A stretch of 64,000 nucleotides of DNA, from assembly GCA_965202625.1 (NCBI GenBank), contig CBDBBI010000010.1:2784001-2848000 (forward strand), read 5' to 3'. The position numbers and the translations under genes are program-made. A model generated the notes under the pieces. The model had not been told where the DNA came from and ran no database searches. It saw only the letters and a list, made by a program, of their open reading frames with translations. Each line of letters starts with the position of its first letter. The first letter of the stretch is position 1. Source of the stretch: a bacterium (GTDB lineage: Bacteria; UBA8248). Of this stretch, positions 10,225-19,985 are shown one piece after another.

Positions 10225-11022
10225 TCAGGAATTTCCGCGCGTCAGTATTTCCCAGGAGATGCTGAGCAGGAACAACGCCGCCGCCGACACGACGATCGAT
10301 GGTCCCGCCGGCGTGTTCCACTGAATAGAGGCCCATAGCCCGACCATCACGGCGATGACGCCCGCCAGAATCGCGAGTATCGCCATCTGTTCGGGCGTTT
10401 TGGAGAATCGCCTCGCCGCCGCCGCCGGAATGATGAGCATGGAGGTGATCAGCAAAATCCCGATCAGTTTCATGGCGATGGCGATGATGAGGGCGATCAG
10501 CAGCATGAAGGTGAGTTGCACGCCGAAAGTCGATATGCCCTCGGCCGCCGCGATCTCTTCGTGCACGGTGATGGCGATCAGGTCGCGCCATATCCACGCG
10601 AGTGCGCACAGGGCCGCCGCGGCACCGACGTAGATCCACAGCAAATCCGCTGGACCGACCGCCAGAATGTCGCCGAAGAGATATCCCATCAGGTCCATCC
10701 GAAGCGTTTCCATGAGGCTGACGGCGATGATGCCGATGGAGAGTGCCGTGTGCGAGAGAACGCCCAGCAGCGTATCCGTCGGGAGTTTCCTCTGGCGTTG
10801 GAGCAGGAGCAGAACCAGCGCGAGGCCGACGCAGGCGGCCAGGGTGCCAAGCCGCAAGTCGATTCCGAAGGCGAACCCGAGCCCCACGCCGAGCAGAGCG
10901 GTGTGGGCCAGGGAATCTCCAAAATAGGCCATCTTGCGCCAGACGATGAAGCAGCCGACGGGGCCTGTGACGATGGCGACCCCGACTCCGCCCAGAAGAG
11001 CGCGAAGTATAAAGTCTTCCAT
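10225..11022 (-). CDS. znuB: Zinc ABC transporter permease
   Basis: GCFIVWRKMAYFGDSLAH, YLFGDIL, LIIPAAAAR. Confidence 0.9.
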   Translation of the reverse strand: MEDFILRALLGGVGVAIVTGPVGCFIVWRKMAYFGDSLAHTALLGVGLGFAFGIDLRLGTLAACVGLALVLLLLQRQRKLPTDTLLGVLSHTALSIGIIAVSLMETLRMDLMGYLFGDILAVGPADLLWIYVGAAAALCALAWIWRDLIAITVHEEIAAAEGISTFGVQLTFMLLIALIIAIAMKLIGILLITSMLIIPAAAARRFSKTPEQMAILAILAGVIAVMVGLWASIQWNTPAGPSIVVSAAALFLLSISWEILTRGNS

Positions 11023-11166
11023 CAGGCACTCCCGTGGGGATGATGGGTTTCCCTGTATTTCAGGACGTCCCCCCCTCTCGTCCGTGCGCCGCGCGTGATT
11101 CGAACGGGTCTGCGCATTTCGAGGTGTCCCCGCGTGTTTTCCGGAGAAGGTGAGGGGAGGACGTTC

Positions 11167-11775
11167 TCATTGAGGTGCTCCCAAGGTGAGGACGTCGTCG
11201 GAGAATTCCATGACGTTGTTGACGTCGTGTGAAACCATCAAGACTCCGCAGCCCCTGTTGTCCCTGATCTGGGGGATGAGGCTGTAGAACTCGGTTTGTC
11301 CGGCCATGTCCACGTTCTGGATGGGTTCGTCGAGAACGAGGAGTTCGGGGTTTCGCAGCAGGGCGCGGGCGATCAGGACGCGCTGGCGCTCGCCTCCGGA
11401 GAGGGTTCCAACGGCGTAATGCAGCAGGTTGGCGGCGCCTGTCTCCTCAAGACTCTCCTCCATTTGTTTTGGCGATGGCCTTTGCGTAAGGCTGAGCAGC
11501 CTGCGCACGGTGAGGGGAAGGGAGCGGTCCACCCCGAAAATTTGGGGCACGTAGCCGATGGTAAGTCCCTCTTTTCGGCGGACCTGGCCAGAATCAGGCT
11601 TGAGCAGCCCGAGCAGAACGCGAACGAGGGTGGTTTTGCCCGCCCCGTTGGGGCCGACGACGCAGAAAATTTCGTTCGCCGATATTTCGGCGTCTATCCT
11701 CTCGAGAATCGGCGCCCCGCCGAAGCGTAGATGAAGGTTTTTCGCGGAAATGAGAGGGGCCTGCGCATCACCCAT
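11167..11775 (-). CDS. znuC: Zinc ABC transporter ATPase (C-terminus short)
   Basis: GPNGAGKTT, LSGGERQR, LVLDEP, VSHD; ATG 11775 overlaps the zur stop. Confidence 0.85.
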   Translation of the reverse strand: MGDAQAPLISAKNLHLRFGGAPILERIDAEISANEIFCVVGPNGAGKTTLVRVLLGLLKPDSGQVRRKEGLTIGYVPQIFGVDRSLPLTVRRLLSLTQRPSPKQMEESLEETGAANLLHYAVGTLSGGERQRVLIARALLRNPELLVLDEPIQNVDMAGQTEFYSLIPQIRDNRGCGVLMVSHDVNNVMEFSDDVLTLGAPQ

Positions 11776-12253
11776 GGCTGCACTCCGGACACTGTCCCCT
11801 GATTTCCACCATCGGCGTTTCGACCTCAAAACCGGCCTGGATGGCGCTCGCTTCAATGGCCTCGCCAATTTTTTCGCTATGCGCCTCGGCCACGGCCCCG
11901 CAATTCCGGCAAATGAAGAACTGGGCCTCGTGGGCGTCCGTCGGCGTGGCACAGCCCACGAATGCGTTCAGACTTTCGATGCGGTGGATGAGGCCGTGCT
12001 TCAAGAGAAAATCCAGAGCCCGGTAGACCGTGGGCGGGGCGTTTCGCTCCCCGCCGGCGTTCATGCGTTCGAGCACGTCGTAGGCGCCCAGCGGCGCGTG
12101 GCTCTCCCAGATGATCTCCAACACCTGTCGCCTGAGCGGCGTAAGGTTGGCGTCTCGCTCGCCGCAAAGCGTCTCCGCTTGTTTGAGGGCGTTCTCGATG
12201 CAGACCCGGTGGTCGTGATCGCGCTCGGGAAAATGCTTTTTCGTGTCGGCCAT
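11768..12253 (-). CDS. zur: Zinc uptake regulator, Fur family
   Basis: LTPLRRQVLE, PPTVYRALDFL, CRNCG and CPEC; in znu locus. Confidence 0.9.
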   Translation of the reverse strand: MADTKKHFPERDHDHRVCIENALKQAETLCGERDANLTPLRRQVLEIIWESHAPLGAYDVLERMNAGGERNAPPTVYRALDFLLKHGLIHRIESLNAFVGCATPTDAHEAQFFICRNCGAVAEAHSEKIGEAIEASAIQAGFEVETPMVEIRGQCPECSHG

Positions 12254-12278
12254 GGAAAATTCCTTGACGAGTGAAATG

Positions 12279-12299
12279 GTAATGTTATATTATATCAAG
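12279..12299. promoter_or_regulatory. Putative Zur box in divergent zur/znuA promoter
   Basis: AATGTTATA-T-TATATCAA resembles the proteobacterial Zur palindrome (AATGTTATA-N-TATAACATT); AT-rich patch between divergent genes. Confidence 0.7.
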
Positions 12300-12339
12300 A
12301 AATTTTCCTTGTCAACCTCCATCCTTGGGAGAAAGAATG

Positions 12340-13341
12340 AACTTGGGAGATGTAATGAAGAGATGCGCTCTGGTTCTCATGTCCCTCACAATCGTCTTGT
12401 GCGCTCAGCCCGCACCCTCTGTGTCGGCGTCGCCTCCGGTGGCGGTCTCCATCAAACCGCTTCATTCGCTGGTCGCCGGCGTGATGCGCGGAGTCGGCGC
12501 GCCCGATCTGTTGATAAAGGGCGCCGCCTCGCCGCATACGTTCTCGCTGAAGCCATCGGACGCCAGAATGCTTGCGAGGGCGCGCGTGATTTTCTGGGTG
12601 GGCCATGCCCTCACCCCCGGATTGGAGCGGCCTCTCGAAACCCTTCCGAGAAAGGCGCGCGTCGTCGCTTTGGGCGAGGTGCCGGGCGTAAGGAGGCTGC
12701 AACTGAGAGAGGGCGGCTTGTGGGAGGGGGGGGCGCATCATCACGGCGATGCGGGCGCGCGGAAGGAGGAGGAGGGTGCCCACGATGATCATGAAAATTT
12801 TGACGCGCACCTCTGGCTCGACCCCATGAACGCCCGCAAGTGGGTGGACGTCGTCGCGCACGTATTGGGAGAGGCGGTGCCGGAGAACAAGGAAAAATAC
12901 GAGGCGAACGCGCGCAATCTCAAGGCCCGCATTGACGCCCTGCATGAGGAGCTGGGGCGCGCGCTCAAGCCCCTCCAGGGCGCCCCCTACGTCGTCTTTC
13001 ATGATGCGTATCAATATCTGGAGAGGCGCTACGGGTTGCAGCCCATCGGTTCGGTGGCACTGTCTCCCGAGACAAAGCCGGGCACGGCGCGCTTGCTGGA
13101 GATTCGCAGGAAGGTCAGGAACTCGCAATCGGTTTGCGTGTTCACCGAGCCGCAGTTTCCGCCCAGGCTGGTGGAAACCATCGTTCAGGGCACGGGGGCG
13201 AAAACCGGAGTGCTGGATCCGCTGGGAGCGGGCATCCCTGCGGGAGAGGACGCCTATTTCATCCTCATGCGCGACATGGCGCAATCGCTCAAAGCGTGTC
13301 TTTCTCTGAATAAGAGAGGCGCGAGGGCGGCTTCGGGATGA
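12340..13341 (+). CDS. znuA: Zinc ABC transporter substrate-binding protein
   Basis: Signal peptide, ASPHT, His/acidic loop (HHHGD...HDDHE), DAHLWLDP, FHDAY, EPQF. Start uncertain. Confidence 0.9.
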   Translation, partial: NLGDVMKRCALVLMSLTIVLCAQPAPSVSASPPVAVSIKPLHSLVAGVMRGVGAPDLLIKGAASPHTFSLKPSDARMLARARVIFWVGHALTPGLERPLETLPRKARVVALGEVPGVRRLQLREGGLWEGGAHHHGDAGARKEEEGAHDDHENFDAHLWLDPMNARKWVDVVAHVLGEAVPENKEKYEANARNLKARIDALHEELGRALKPLQGAPYVVFHDAYQYLERRYGLQPIGSVALSPETKPGTARLLEIRRKVRNSQSVCVFTEPQFPPRLVETIVQGTGAKTGVLDPLGAGIPAGEDAYFILMRDMAQSLKACLSLNKRGARAASG

Positions 13342-13369
13342 AGGAGGGCGCGCCTGGAGAGCGCCGCCT

Positions 13370-14119
13370 TCACCGCCCGGTTGCGGGCTGGGTTCTGACG
13401 TGTCCTGCGCGTTTTGAGCCCGCAGGATAGGGGCAGATCGCGCGAAGCGGGCATTCGACGCATTTCGGCCTGGGGCGGCAGCAGGAGTGTCCCAGGCGCA
13501 CGAGCAGGGCGTGGTATTCGTTGAAGAGAGCGGGGTCTCGGGGCAGATGGGCCATGAAACTCTCTTGTAAGGAGAGATAATCCCGTTTTGCGTTTTTTGA
13601 TTCCTCGAAATGCCCAAGCCGGGCGAATATGCGCTTCGTATAGGCGTCCACCACGAACACCGCGCGGCCGGCGGCGTAGAGCGTGATGGAGTCCGCCGTC
13701 TCGTGCCCGACTCCATCGAGGCGCAAGAGTTTCTCGCGCAACTCTTTTGTGGGCAGACCCAGGAAGTTGTCCACGTCGCCTTCGTGGTGCTTCCATAGAT
13801 AAGAGATGAACCCCTTGAGTCTTTTGGCTTTCACGTTGAAGAAACGCGCGGGCCGGATGAGGCGGGAGAGGCGATCTGTCCGCACCCTTTTGAGTGCGCC
13901 CTCCGTGAGGAGGTCTTCTTTTTTCAGGTTTCCGATTGCGCGCGCCGCGTTCGTCCACGAGGTGTTCTGCACCAGAATGGCGCCCAGGCAGACCTCGAGC
14001 GTGGTGTCGCCTGGCCACCAGCCCTGCGGCCCGAAGCGGTCATACAGACGTTCATAGACGTCGATGAGGAGCTTCTGGCTGATTCTTGGTCCTCGGTTCA
14101 CAGAGTCTTTCCGGCACAC
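13370..14119 (-). CDS. Endonuclease III-related HhH-GPD DNA glycosylase with 4Fe-4S motif
   Basis: GAILVQNTSW, GVGHETADSI, VVDAY, CRPRPKCVECPLRAIC. Confidence 0.85.
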   Translation of the reverse strand: MCRKDSVNRGPRISQKLLIDVYERLYDRFGPQGWWPGDTTLEVCLGAILVQNTSWTNAARAIGNLKKEDLLTEGALKRVRTDRLSRLIRPARFFNVKAKRLKGFISYLWKHHEGDVDNFLGLPTKELREKLLRLDGVGHETADSITLYAAGRAVFVVDAYTKRIFARLGHFEESKNAKRDYLSLQESFMAHLPRDPALFNEYHALLVRLGHSCCRPRPKCVECPLRAICPYPAGSKRAGHVRTQPATGR

Positions 14120-14594
14120 CTTCGCCTTTGCCCTCCCCTTGGTGTAGATTCCTCATTTTTATAGGGGCGACTTGCGTTTCGCAAAGGGCATGGGCGACTC
14201 CTGCGGGGTTTTGCGAGGCGCAGGGCGGCACATATCGCCGATTTGAGTGCGCCCTCCGTGAGGAGGTCTTCTTTTTTCAGGTTTCCGATTGCGCGCGCCG
14301 CGTTCGTCCACGAGGTGTTCTGCACCAGAATGGCGCCCAGGCAGACCTCGAGCGTGGTGTCGCCTGGCCACCAGCCCTGCGGCCCGAAGCGGTCATACAG
14401 ACGTTCATAGACGTCGATGAGGAGCTTCTGGCTGATTCTTGGTCCTCGGTTCACAGAGTCTTTCCGGCACACCTTCGCCTTTGCCCTCCCCTTGGTGTAG
14501 ATTCCCCATTTTTATAGGGGCGACTTGCGTTTCGCAAAGGGCATGGGCGACTCCTGCGGGGTTTTGCGAGGCGCAGGGCGGCGCATATCGCCGA
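13889..14594. repeat. Tandem duplication, 2 x 353 bp (13889-14241 and 14242-14594)
   Basis: Near-identical copies; mismatches seen at 14153/14506 (T/C) and 14230/14583 (A/G). Confidence 0.9.
14242..14472 (-). pseudogene. Truncated 5' duplicate of the EndoIII-like gene
   Basis: Identical N-terminus up to LTEGALK, then runs into non-coding sequence. Confidence 0.7.
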
Positions 14595-14674
14595 ATTCGG
14601 TTGGGGGACGGCCCCCCTCGCAGCCCCGAGGTGGTTTTGCGCAAGGGCACAGCCTGGACGCATGGGGAGTTTTG

Positions 14675-15640
14675 ATGAAAAAAGGGGCGAGAATTCTTGT
14701 GTGCGACTGCGCCGGCGTGAAGAGCGGGGAGGACGTTCTGATCGTCACCGATTCGGAGCGTCTCGCCATCGCGCAGGCACTTTGCGCTGCGGCGCAAGAG
14801 AAAGGCGCTCGGGCGGCGATAATCGTCTGCCCGCCCGGGCGCATCGACAACGAGGAGCCGCAGCAGGCCGTGGCGGAGGCCATGCGCGCCTCCGACGCCG
14901 TGTTTCTGCCCATCACCCACGCCCTCGCCCATACGCGCGCCACGCGGGAAGCGATAGGTGCGGGTGCGCGCGTGCTTTCGATGACGGCGTTCACCCCTCG
15001 CCAGATGAAAGAAGGCGGGCTGATGGCGGATTTCAGGGCGAGAAAGCCGCTTTGCGACGCCCTCGCGTCGCTTTTGAGCGAGGCGCGGGAGGTGCGCATC
15101 ACCAACCCGGCGGGCACCGAACTTTCCCTCAGCGTCGAGGGGCGCGCGGGCAACAGCCACGCTTGCGTTCTCGACGGCGCGGGCTTCACCGCCGTTCCGA
15201 ACGTTGAGGCCAACGTATCGCCTCTGGAGGGGACGACGAGAGGGGTGCTCCGGGTGGATGGCAGCATTCCGTATTACGGCGTGGGCGTCATCGAGGCGCC
15301 GGTGACTTTTCGGATGGAGGGCGGTTTCGTTCGGGAAATATATGGCGGGCGGCAGGCCGATTTCCTGCGCGGGCTTCTCGCCGCCCAGAACGACGAATGG
15401 GTATACAACGTCGCGCAGTTCGCGATCGGCTTGAACCCCGAGTGCAGGGATTTCACCGGCGAGATGCTCAACGACGAGGGCGTGAACGGCACGATTCACA
15501 TCGGAATCGGAACCTCCGCCAACCTGGGGGGTGCCGTGCAGGCGAAAACCCATTTCGACGCCGTCATCAGGGAGCCCTCGGTCTGGTTCGACGATGCGCC
15601 CATCGTTGAGAATGGCGAGATATTGCTGGATGCGGAGTGA
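14675..15640 (+). CDS. M29/NicX-like leucyl aminopeptidase superfamily protein
   Basis: GVKSGEDVLIVTD, ITNPAGTEL, FAIGLNP, DEG...GTIHIGIG, HFDAVI; start reassigned to ATG 14675. Confidence 0.75.
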   Translation: MKKGARILVCDCAGVKSGEDVLIVTDSERLAIAQALCAAAQEKGARAAIIVCPPGRIDNEEPQQAVAEAMRASDAVFLPITHALAHTRATREAIGAGARVLSMTAFTPRQMKEGGLMADFRARKPLCDALASLLSEAREVRITNPAGTELSLSVEGRAGNSHACVLDGAGFTAVPNVEANVSPLEGTTRGVLRVDGSIPYYGVGVIEAPVTFRMEGGFVREIYGGRQADFLRGLLAAQNDEWVYNVAQFAIGLNPECRDFTGEMLNDEGVNGTIHIGIGTSANLGGAVQAKTHFDAVIREPSVWFDDAPIVENGEILLDAE

Positions 15641-16032
15641 TGCGCGAAGTTTTCCCCATTCGCCCGCGCCGGCGCGCTGTCGATTTTTCTGCGGATACCC
15701 GAGAATCCGCCGATCCCATCCCCGCGCGCGGGTTTTCCGACTTCACCGAAAGCGCTTCCAACGTCTCCCACACGCCCGTTGGGGTGAGCGGGTGCGTCAC
15801 CCCGTTCACCCTGCTGGAGAAAACGATATGCAGGGATTCAGGCGGGGTCGGAAAATTCAGGGGAGGATGCGGACAGAGGATCGTGTTCAGGAACGATTCG
15901 CCCGCCCGCATCGCGGTGTCGTTCATGGCGGAGCACACGAAATCGCGCGCGCGGGGTCAGGTGCGCGTCAACGATGATACCCTCGCGCTCATCACGCCGG
16001 GCGGCGGGGGATATGGGGAGGAGGGGCGGTGA
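15637..16032 (+). pseudogene. Internally deleted C-terminal remnant of hydantoinase B/5-oxoprolinase
   Basis: TPV...DSGGVGKFRGGCG...TPGGGGYG motifs in only 131 aa. Confidence 0.6.
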
Positions 16033-16460
16033 AGATTTCCCTCAAGGAGGAAGAGTGGCGCTTCGTCCAAAACGCGCGCGTGGGGCGACTGGCGACGGCC
16101 GATGCGGAGGGTGTGCCTCACGTCGTGCCCGTGGTTTTCGCGGTGGTCGATGAGAAGATATACATCCCTGTGGACGGCAAGCAGAAAAAGGACGCCGAGC
16201 GTCTGAAGCGTCTCGAAAATATACGGGTGAACGAGAAAGTTTCCTTCCTGGTGGATCGCTATGAGGACGATTGGGCGAACCTTGGCTTCGTGATGCTCTT
16301 TGGCACCGCCGCCATCATCCGCGCCGGGGCGGATGCCGCTTACGAAAGGGCGGCGGAGGGCTTGAGGGGGAAGTATTCACAATACCGGGGCCTCATCGCA
16401 CTTCATCAATGGATGATAGAGATAAAACCGCATCGGGGCACGTCCTGGGGGGCGATTTAA
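16029..16460 (+). CDS. PPOX class (probably F420-dependent) oxidoreductase
   Basis: ARVGRLATAD...PHVVPVVF...LKRLENIR...VDRYEDDW. Confidence 0.8.
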   Translation: MKISLKEEEWRFVQNARVGRLATADAEGVPHVVPVVFAVVDEKIYIPVDGKQKKDAERLKRLENIRVNEKVSFLVDRYEDDWANLGFVMLFGTAAIIRAGADAAYERAAEGLRGKYSQYRGLIALHQWMIEIKPHRGTSWGAI

Positions 16461-16560
16461 GCGCGCCTGCTCTTGTCCAATCACTCCTGCGGATATTCTC
16501 GTTTTCTTTCACGCACGGGGCGAGAATCCTGCTGGAGAGCAAATCTGGGGGCCAAGAAAA

Positions 16561-17574
16561 TCAATATGTTACAGTCACAAGGACTGTGTCCCTATAGGTT
16601 CCGGTCCCCGGCGTTGGCTGTGGGGGTACCCGGCCATATCCTGTGTAAGATTGGGGCGAACCATCGCCTCTGCCGGATTGGGTGTTGACGCCAATCGTGT
16701 CTCCCCACGGTAAGGTGCGTGCGGCGTCCTGGTAGATCGCGTAGGTGATCTCTTCTCCGGCCCGTCTCATTTTGCGCAATTCCGGGTTAACGGCCCCGCT
16801 CATGCCGCCACTCAGGCCGATGGAATAATCTACGCCGAAGGTGCAGGTCACATCAATGGAGTTTGTGGTATCAACGTTCGCATCCAGCAGGCCCTCGGTG
16901 CCGAAATCCATTCTGGACGCCGTGACCCTGCACGTTGCGATATTTTGGGCTTCCACCGTGAAACCCGGCCGAGTGCTGAACGTGCTGTCTCCTACCTCGC
17001 AAACGGTCGCCCTGTTGAATCCATAGGTAGTGAAGGTGTGAGTCATGCCAGCGAAAATCGAAAGGTAGCGGCCAGCGGGCAGCCTGGGTTGGTCGTTAGC
17101 GATTTGATAACGCATGACCCGGGCTACGCTGCCTATGCCTTGTGAATTGAGAAGGACCTCGACTATTGGCGGTCTCAGCCCGCCAAGGCCCGTGAGGAAC
17201 GAGCCCCAGCTAGTGGTATGCTCGGCATTCTGGAACAAGCCGTAACGCATCAGATGTCTGATACCCGGCGGGAGGTCTGGCCCCCGCATACGCCGCGGAT
17301 GGCCGCTCGGTGCGGGGCCGCCGCCTCCGGGTCCGATATTCGGACACACGTAAACCGTCCGTCCCGCGTTTACGACCCCGCCGGTGCAGCGTATGTTCAT
17401 GTTTCCCGTGGTTCGGTACCGCTGGCGGAGGGTGACGTCGATCGGCCCGAAATCGATATCATCAATACTGATCTGACAGTTCTGGGCACTGGCCCGATCC
17501 GCGGACGCGATGATCAGCAGACCGGCGAGTACGCACATCGCGGTCGCCTGCAGAAGCAGAACCTTTACAGACAT
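16561..17574 (-). CDS. Csu/spore-coat-U two-domain pilus tip adhesin (CsuE-like)
   Basis: Signal peptide, two SCPU domains (C...DFG; YGRVPPQPTP..GTYRDTVLVTVTY). Start uncertain. Confidence 0.8.
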   Translation of the reverse strand: MSVKVLLLQATAMCVLAGLLIIASADRASAQNCQISIDDIDFGPIDVTLRQRYRTTGNMNIRCTGGVVNAGRTVYVCPNIGPGGGGPAPSGHPRRMRGPDLPPGIRHLMRYGLFQNAEHTTSWGSFLTGLGGLRPPIVEVLLNSQGIGSVARVMRYQIANDQPRLPAGRYLSIFAGMTHTFTTYGFNRATVCEVGDSTFSTRPGFTVEAQNIATCRVTASRMDFGTEGLLDANVDTTNSIDVTCTFGVDYSIGLSGGMSGAVNPELRKMRRAGEEITYAIYQDAARTLPWGDTIGVNTQSGRGDGSPQSYTGYGRVPPQPTPGTGTYRDTVLVTVTY

Positions 17575-19985
17575 TGCACAGGGCCTATTACGACCTGGGC
17601 GTTCTCTTGAGGCCGATATGGGAAATGCGCTCTGCACGTTCCCTGGTCGAGTTCAACAACAACGCCATTGGTGGCGTCAAGTCTTTGGATGAACGCCATT
17701 CCATCATATCCTATCACGAATTCCTCGCCTGTGCCGTCAACGGCGCCGGTCGAGCCGGCCGGCAGATGGTTGCCGCCGGCATCGGTAAATATGATCACCG
17801 CTGAACGGGTCTGGGTATCCACGTTGAACTCCACCACGACACCGGCGCGATCCGCAGGCGCCACATGTTTCGTGGTTTCCGGTATATGGGCGTTGATCGG
17901 CAGGTCATCTATGTCGATCTGGATTTTATTTTTCTCATAGGAAAGCAAGCCCGGCACCAGCATCTTGCCATCGGAGCCGGTTTTGCCTCTTCTCCGGTTG
18001 GCAAGCCGAACCGGCACGTCAGGGGCGCCCGCATCGACAATCGCAAAGGCATCGTCAATCCGGGGGGAGAAGAATATGCCGCCGCCGGCAACGGCAATGG
18101 CCCCTTCCGCAAAGCCCGTCCCCTGCAGCGTGCCGTCGGCATCGGTAATGGTGGCTTCCATTTTGGCCGCCCTGCCGCGATAGGACAGCGCGCCGAAGCG
18201 GTTGCTGCTGTTCTCGCCCTCTGTGTTGCGCAGGCGCCAACCGAAACTGCCCGGCTGCTGGTCCAGCTGCTTCACGTAGCTTGCCGTGTAGCTGGTGCTG
18301 TCATCGCTGTTTCTGAATCCGGCTGAAGCACGGCTCCGGTCGCCGAGCACAACGGACACGCCGGCAAAAACGCTGGATGAGGACCCCTTGGCCAGATCGT
18401 TGAAAACGGTCGCGTAAAATGAATAGCGATCGGACAGAGAATGGGTATAGGTTGCCGACAGCACACGGGAGGGGTCATTGTCCCCCGTTTCAATGTTTGC
18501 GAAGCTCGCTGTGATTCCGGCGGCGATCGAGGGCAGGGGCAGGCCGATCGCCACCTGGTCAAATCTCTTTGGCACGGCGATACCGGAAAGCGAGGCAGTT
18601 GTGTCGTTTTGCTCCGTAGCGCGGCGCGCGTTCACCGATGCCAGGTCCTGAAAGTCGCCGGAGGTTCGCTGCGAGCTGGCATGGATCGACAGCCCGGCAA
18701 ATTGCGTGTCCAGGGCGCCATAGAACAAGAGGCCATCCTTGTGGTCCCTTGCACGGCTGCCGGCCACCGCGCCAGAGAGAAGCAGCTGATTCGCGATTGT
18801 CACAACATACCCGACGCCGCCCTTCAGCAAGCCGTCCGTCACCTCGATATTGCTTTCAAAGGTTATCCCGTCGGTCAGGCCATAGCGGCTGCTCGCAGAG
18901 CCGAAGACGTGGGAGGAATAGTCATCGGAGCGCACGGCATAGTTTCTGCGGGTGGCGCCGATTTCGGCTGAATAGTCATGCAGTCCCTGCCGCAGGAGGG
19001 ACGGGGCGTTGTAAAAGGCAGAAGTTGTTTCGGATTCGCGGCCCGTGGCGTCCTTCACGACAACGCGCGCGACTCCGGCGCCCGAAATGGCGGGTATGTT
19101 GTTGATCTCAAATGGACCGGCTTCCACCGCTTGGCTGTGGGCTTTCACGTTTCCCACATAGACGTCCACGGTGGAGGGAACGGCGGCGCTGCCGGAGACC
19201 GAGGGCAGAGGAATGGTCAACAGATCGGGCCGCAGGGAGAAATTGCTTTGCACCTGGATGCCGCCGAAACGAACCGGCCTGCTCCAGTTGAGGCCGCCGG
19301 AGATGGAATCTCCGATGGTGTAGGTGCGCACCGCCTCGGTGTCCGAACGCGTGAGGCTGGTTTCCAGCCTGAGAAACTCTGCATCCCATTTATCGTCGGA
19401 AGAGAATATGCCGGATGAGGACAAGGTGCCGATATGGTTGAAGGCGCGGGCGTCGTAGGTAAGGGAGGCGCCGTCAAAATCCAGTGCGTTGTTGTTCTCT
19501 TCGGGATCCTCGGAGGCGGAGGCAAACAGGCCGTAATTGAAAACCAGTCCCGGATCGGCCTTGCCGACGGCTGCGCGGTCGCTTGCGCGCGCATCGTGAC
19601 GTTTGGTGATCCGCTGCCTGTCGTCAACCTTCACGTAGAGTACCTGTGTCTCTTCATCATAGCGGTAGCGCAAACCTGGAATCTCGCTGAGCATGACAAC
19701 GTCATCGCCCGTGCGACCTTGGGGCGGCTTGAGCCCAAGTCCGACAAGTTCTTTCGCCGAAACGCTCATACCGGTTGCGGGCGAATGCCAGAAGGCGGCA
19801 ATCAGACGGGTTGTCTGCTCGTTGATATAGACCTCCAGATAAAGCGGGACGTCTTGCCTGTCGTTTGTTTCGCCCGGAAAACTCCACGAGCAGAAACTCA
19901 TAAACAAGACAGAGGCGAACACTCGGCGCCAACTATCTGACCGCTTGTACCCTCGCGCTTGCCCTGATCGGTCCGATATCGCCAT
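17565..19985 (-). CDS. Fimbrial outer-membrane usher (CsuD-like)
   Basis: LYLEVYIN, RPVRFGGIQ, RPDLLTIP, GSAAVPSTVDVY; 806 aa. Confidence 0.9.
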   Translation of the reverse strand: MAISDRSGQARGYKRSDSWRRVFASVLFMSFCSWSFPGETNDRQDVPLYLEVYINEQTTRLIAAFWHSPATGMSVSAKELVGLGLKPPQGRTGDDVVMLSEIPGLRYRYDEETQVLYVKVDDRQRITKRHDARASDRAAVGKADPGLVFNYGLFASASEDPEENNNALDFDGASLTYDARAFNHIGTLSSSGIFSSDDKWDAEFLRLETSLTRSDTEAVRTYTIGDSISGGLNWSRPVRFGGIQVQSNFSLRPDLLTIPLPSVSGSAAVPSTVDVYVGNVKAHSQAVEAGPFEINNIPAISGAGVARVVVKDATGRESETTSAFYNAPSLLRQGLHDYSAEIGATRRNYAVRSDDYSSHVFGSASSRYGLTDGITFESNIEVTDGLLKGGVGYVVTIANQLLLSGAVAGSRARDHKDGLLFYGALDTQFAGLSIHASSQRTSGDFQDLASVNARRATEQNDTTASLSGIAVPKRFDQVAIGLPLPSIAAGITASFANIETGDNDPSRVLSATYTHSLSDRYSFYATVFNDLAKGSSSSVFAGVSVVLGDRSRASAGFRNSDDSTSYTASYVKQLDQQPGSFGWRLRNTEGENSSNRFGALSYRGRAAKMEATITDADGTLQGTGFAEGAIAVAGGGIFFSPRIDDAFAIVDAGAPDVPVRLANRRRGKTGSDGKMLVPGLLSYEKNKIQIDIDDLPINAHIPETTKHVAPADRAGVVVEFNVDTQTRSAVIIFTDAGGNHLPAGSTGAVDGTGEEFVIGYDGMAFIQRLDATNGVVVELDQGTCRAHFPYRPQENAQVVIGPVQCL

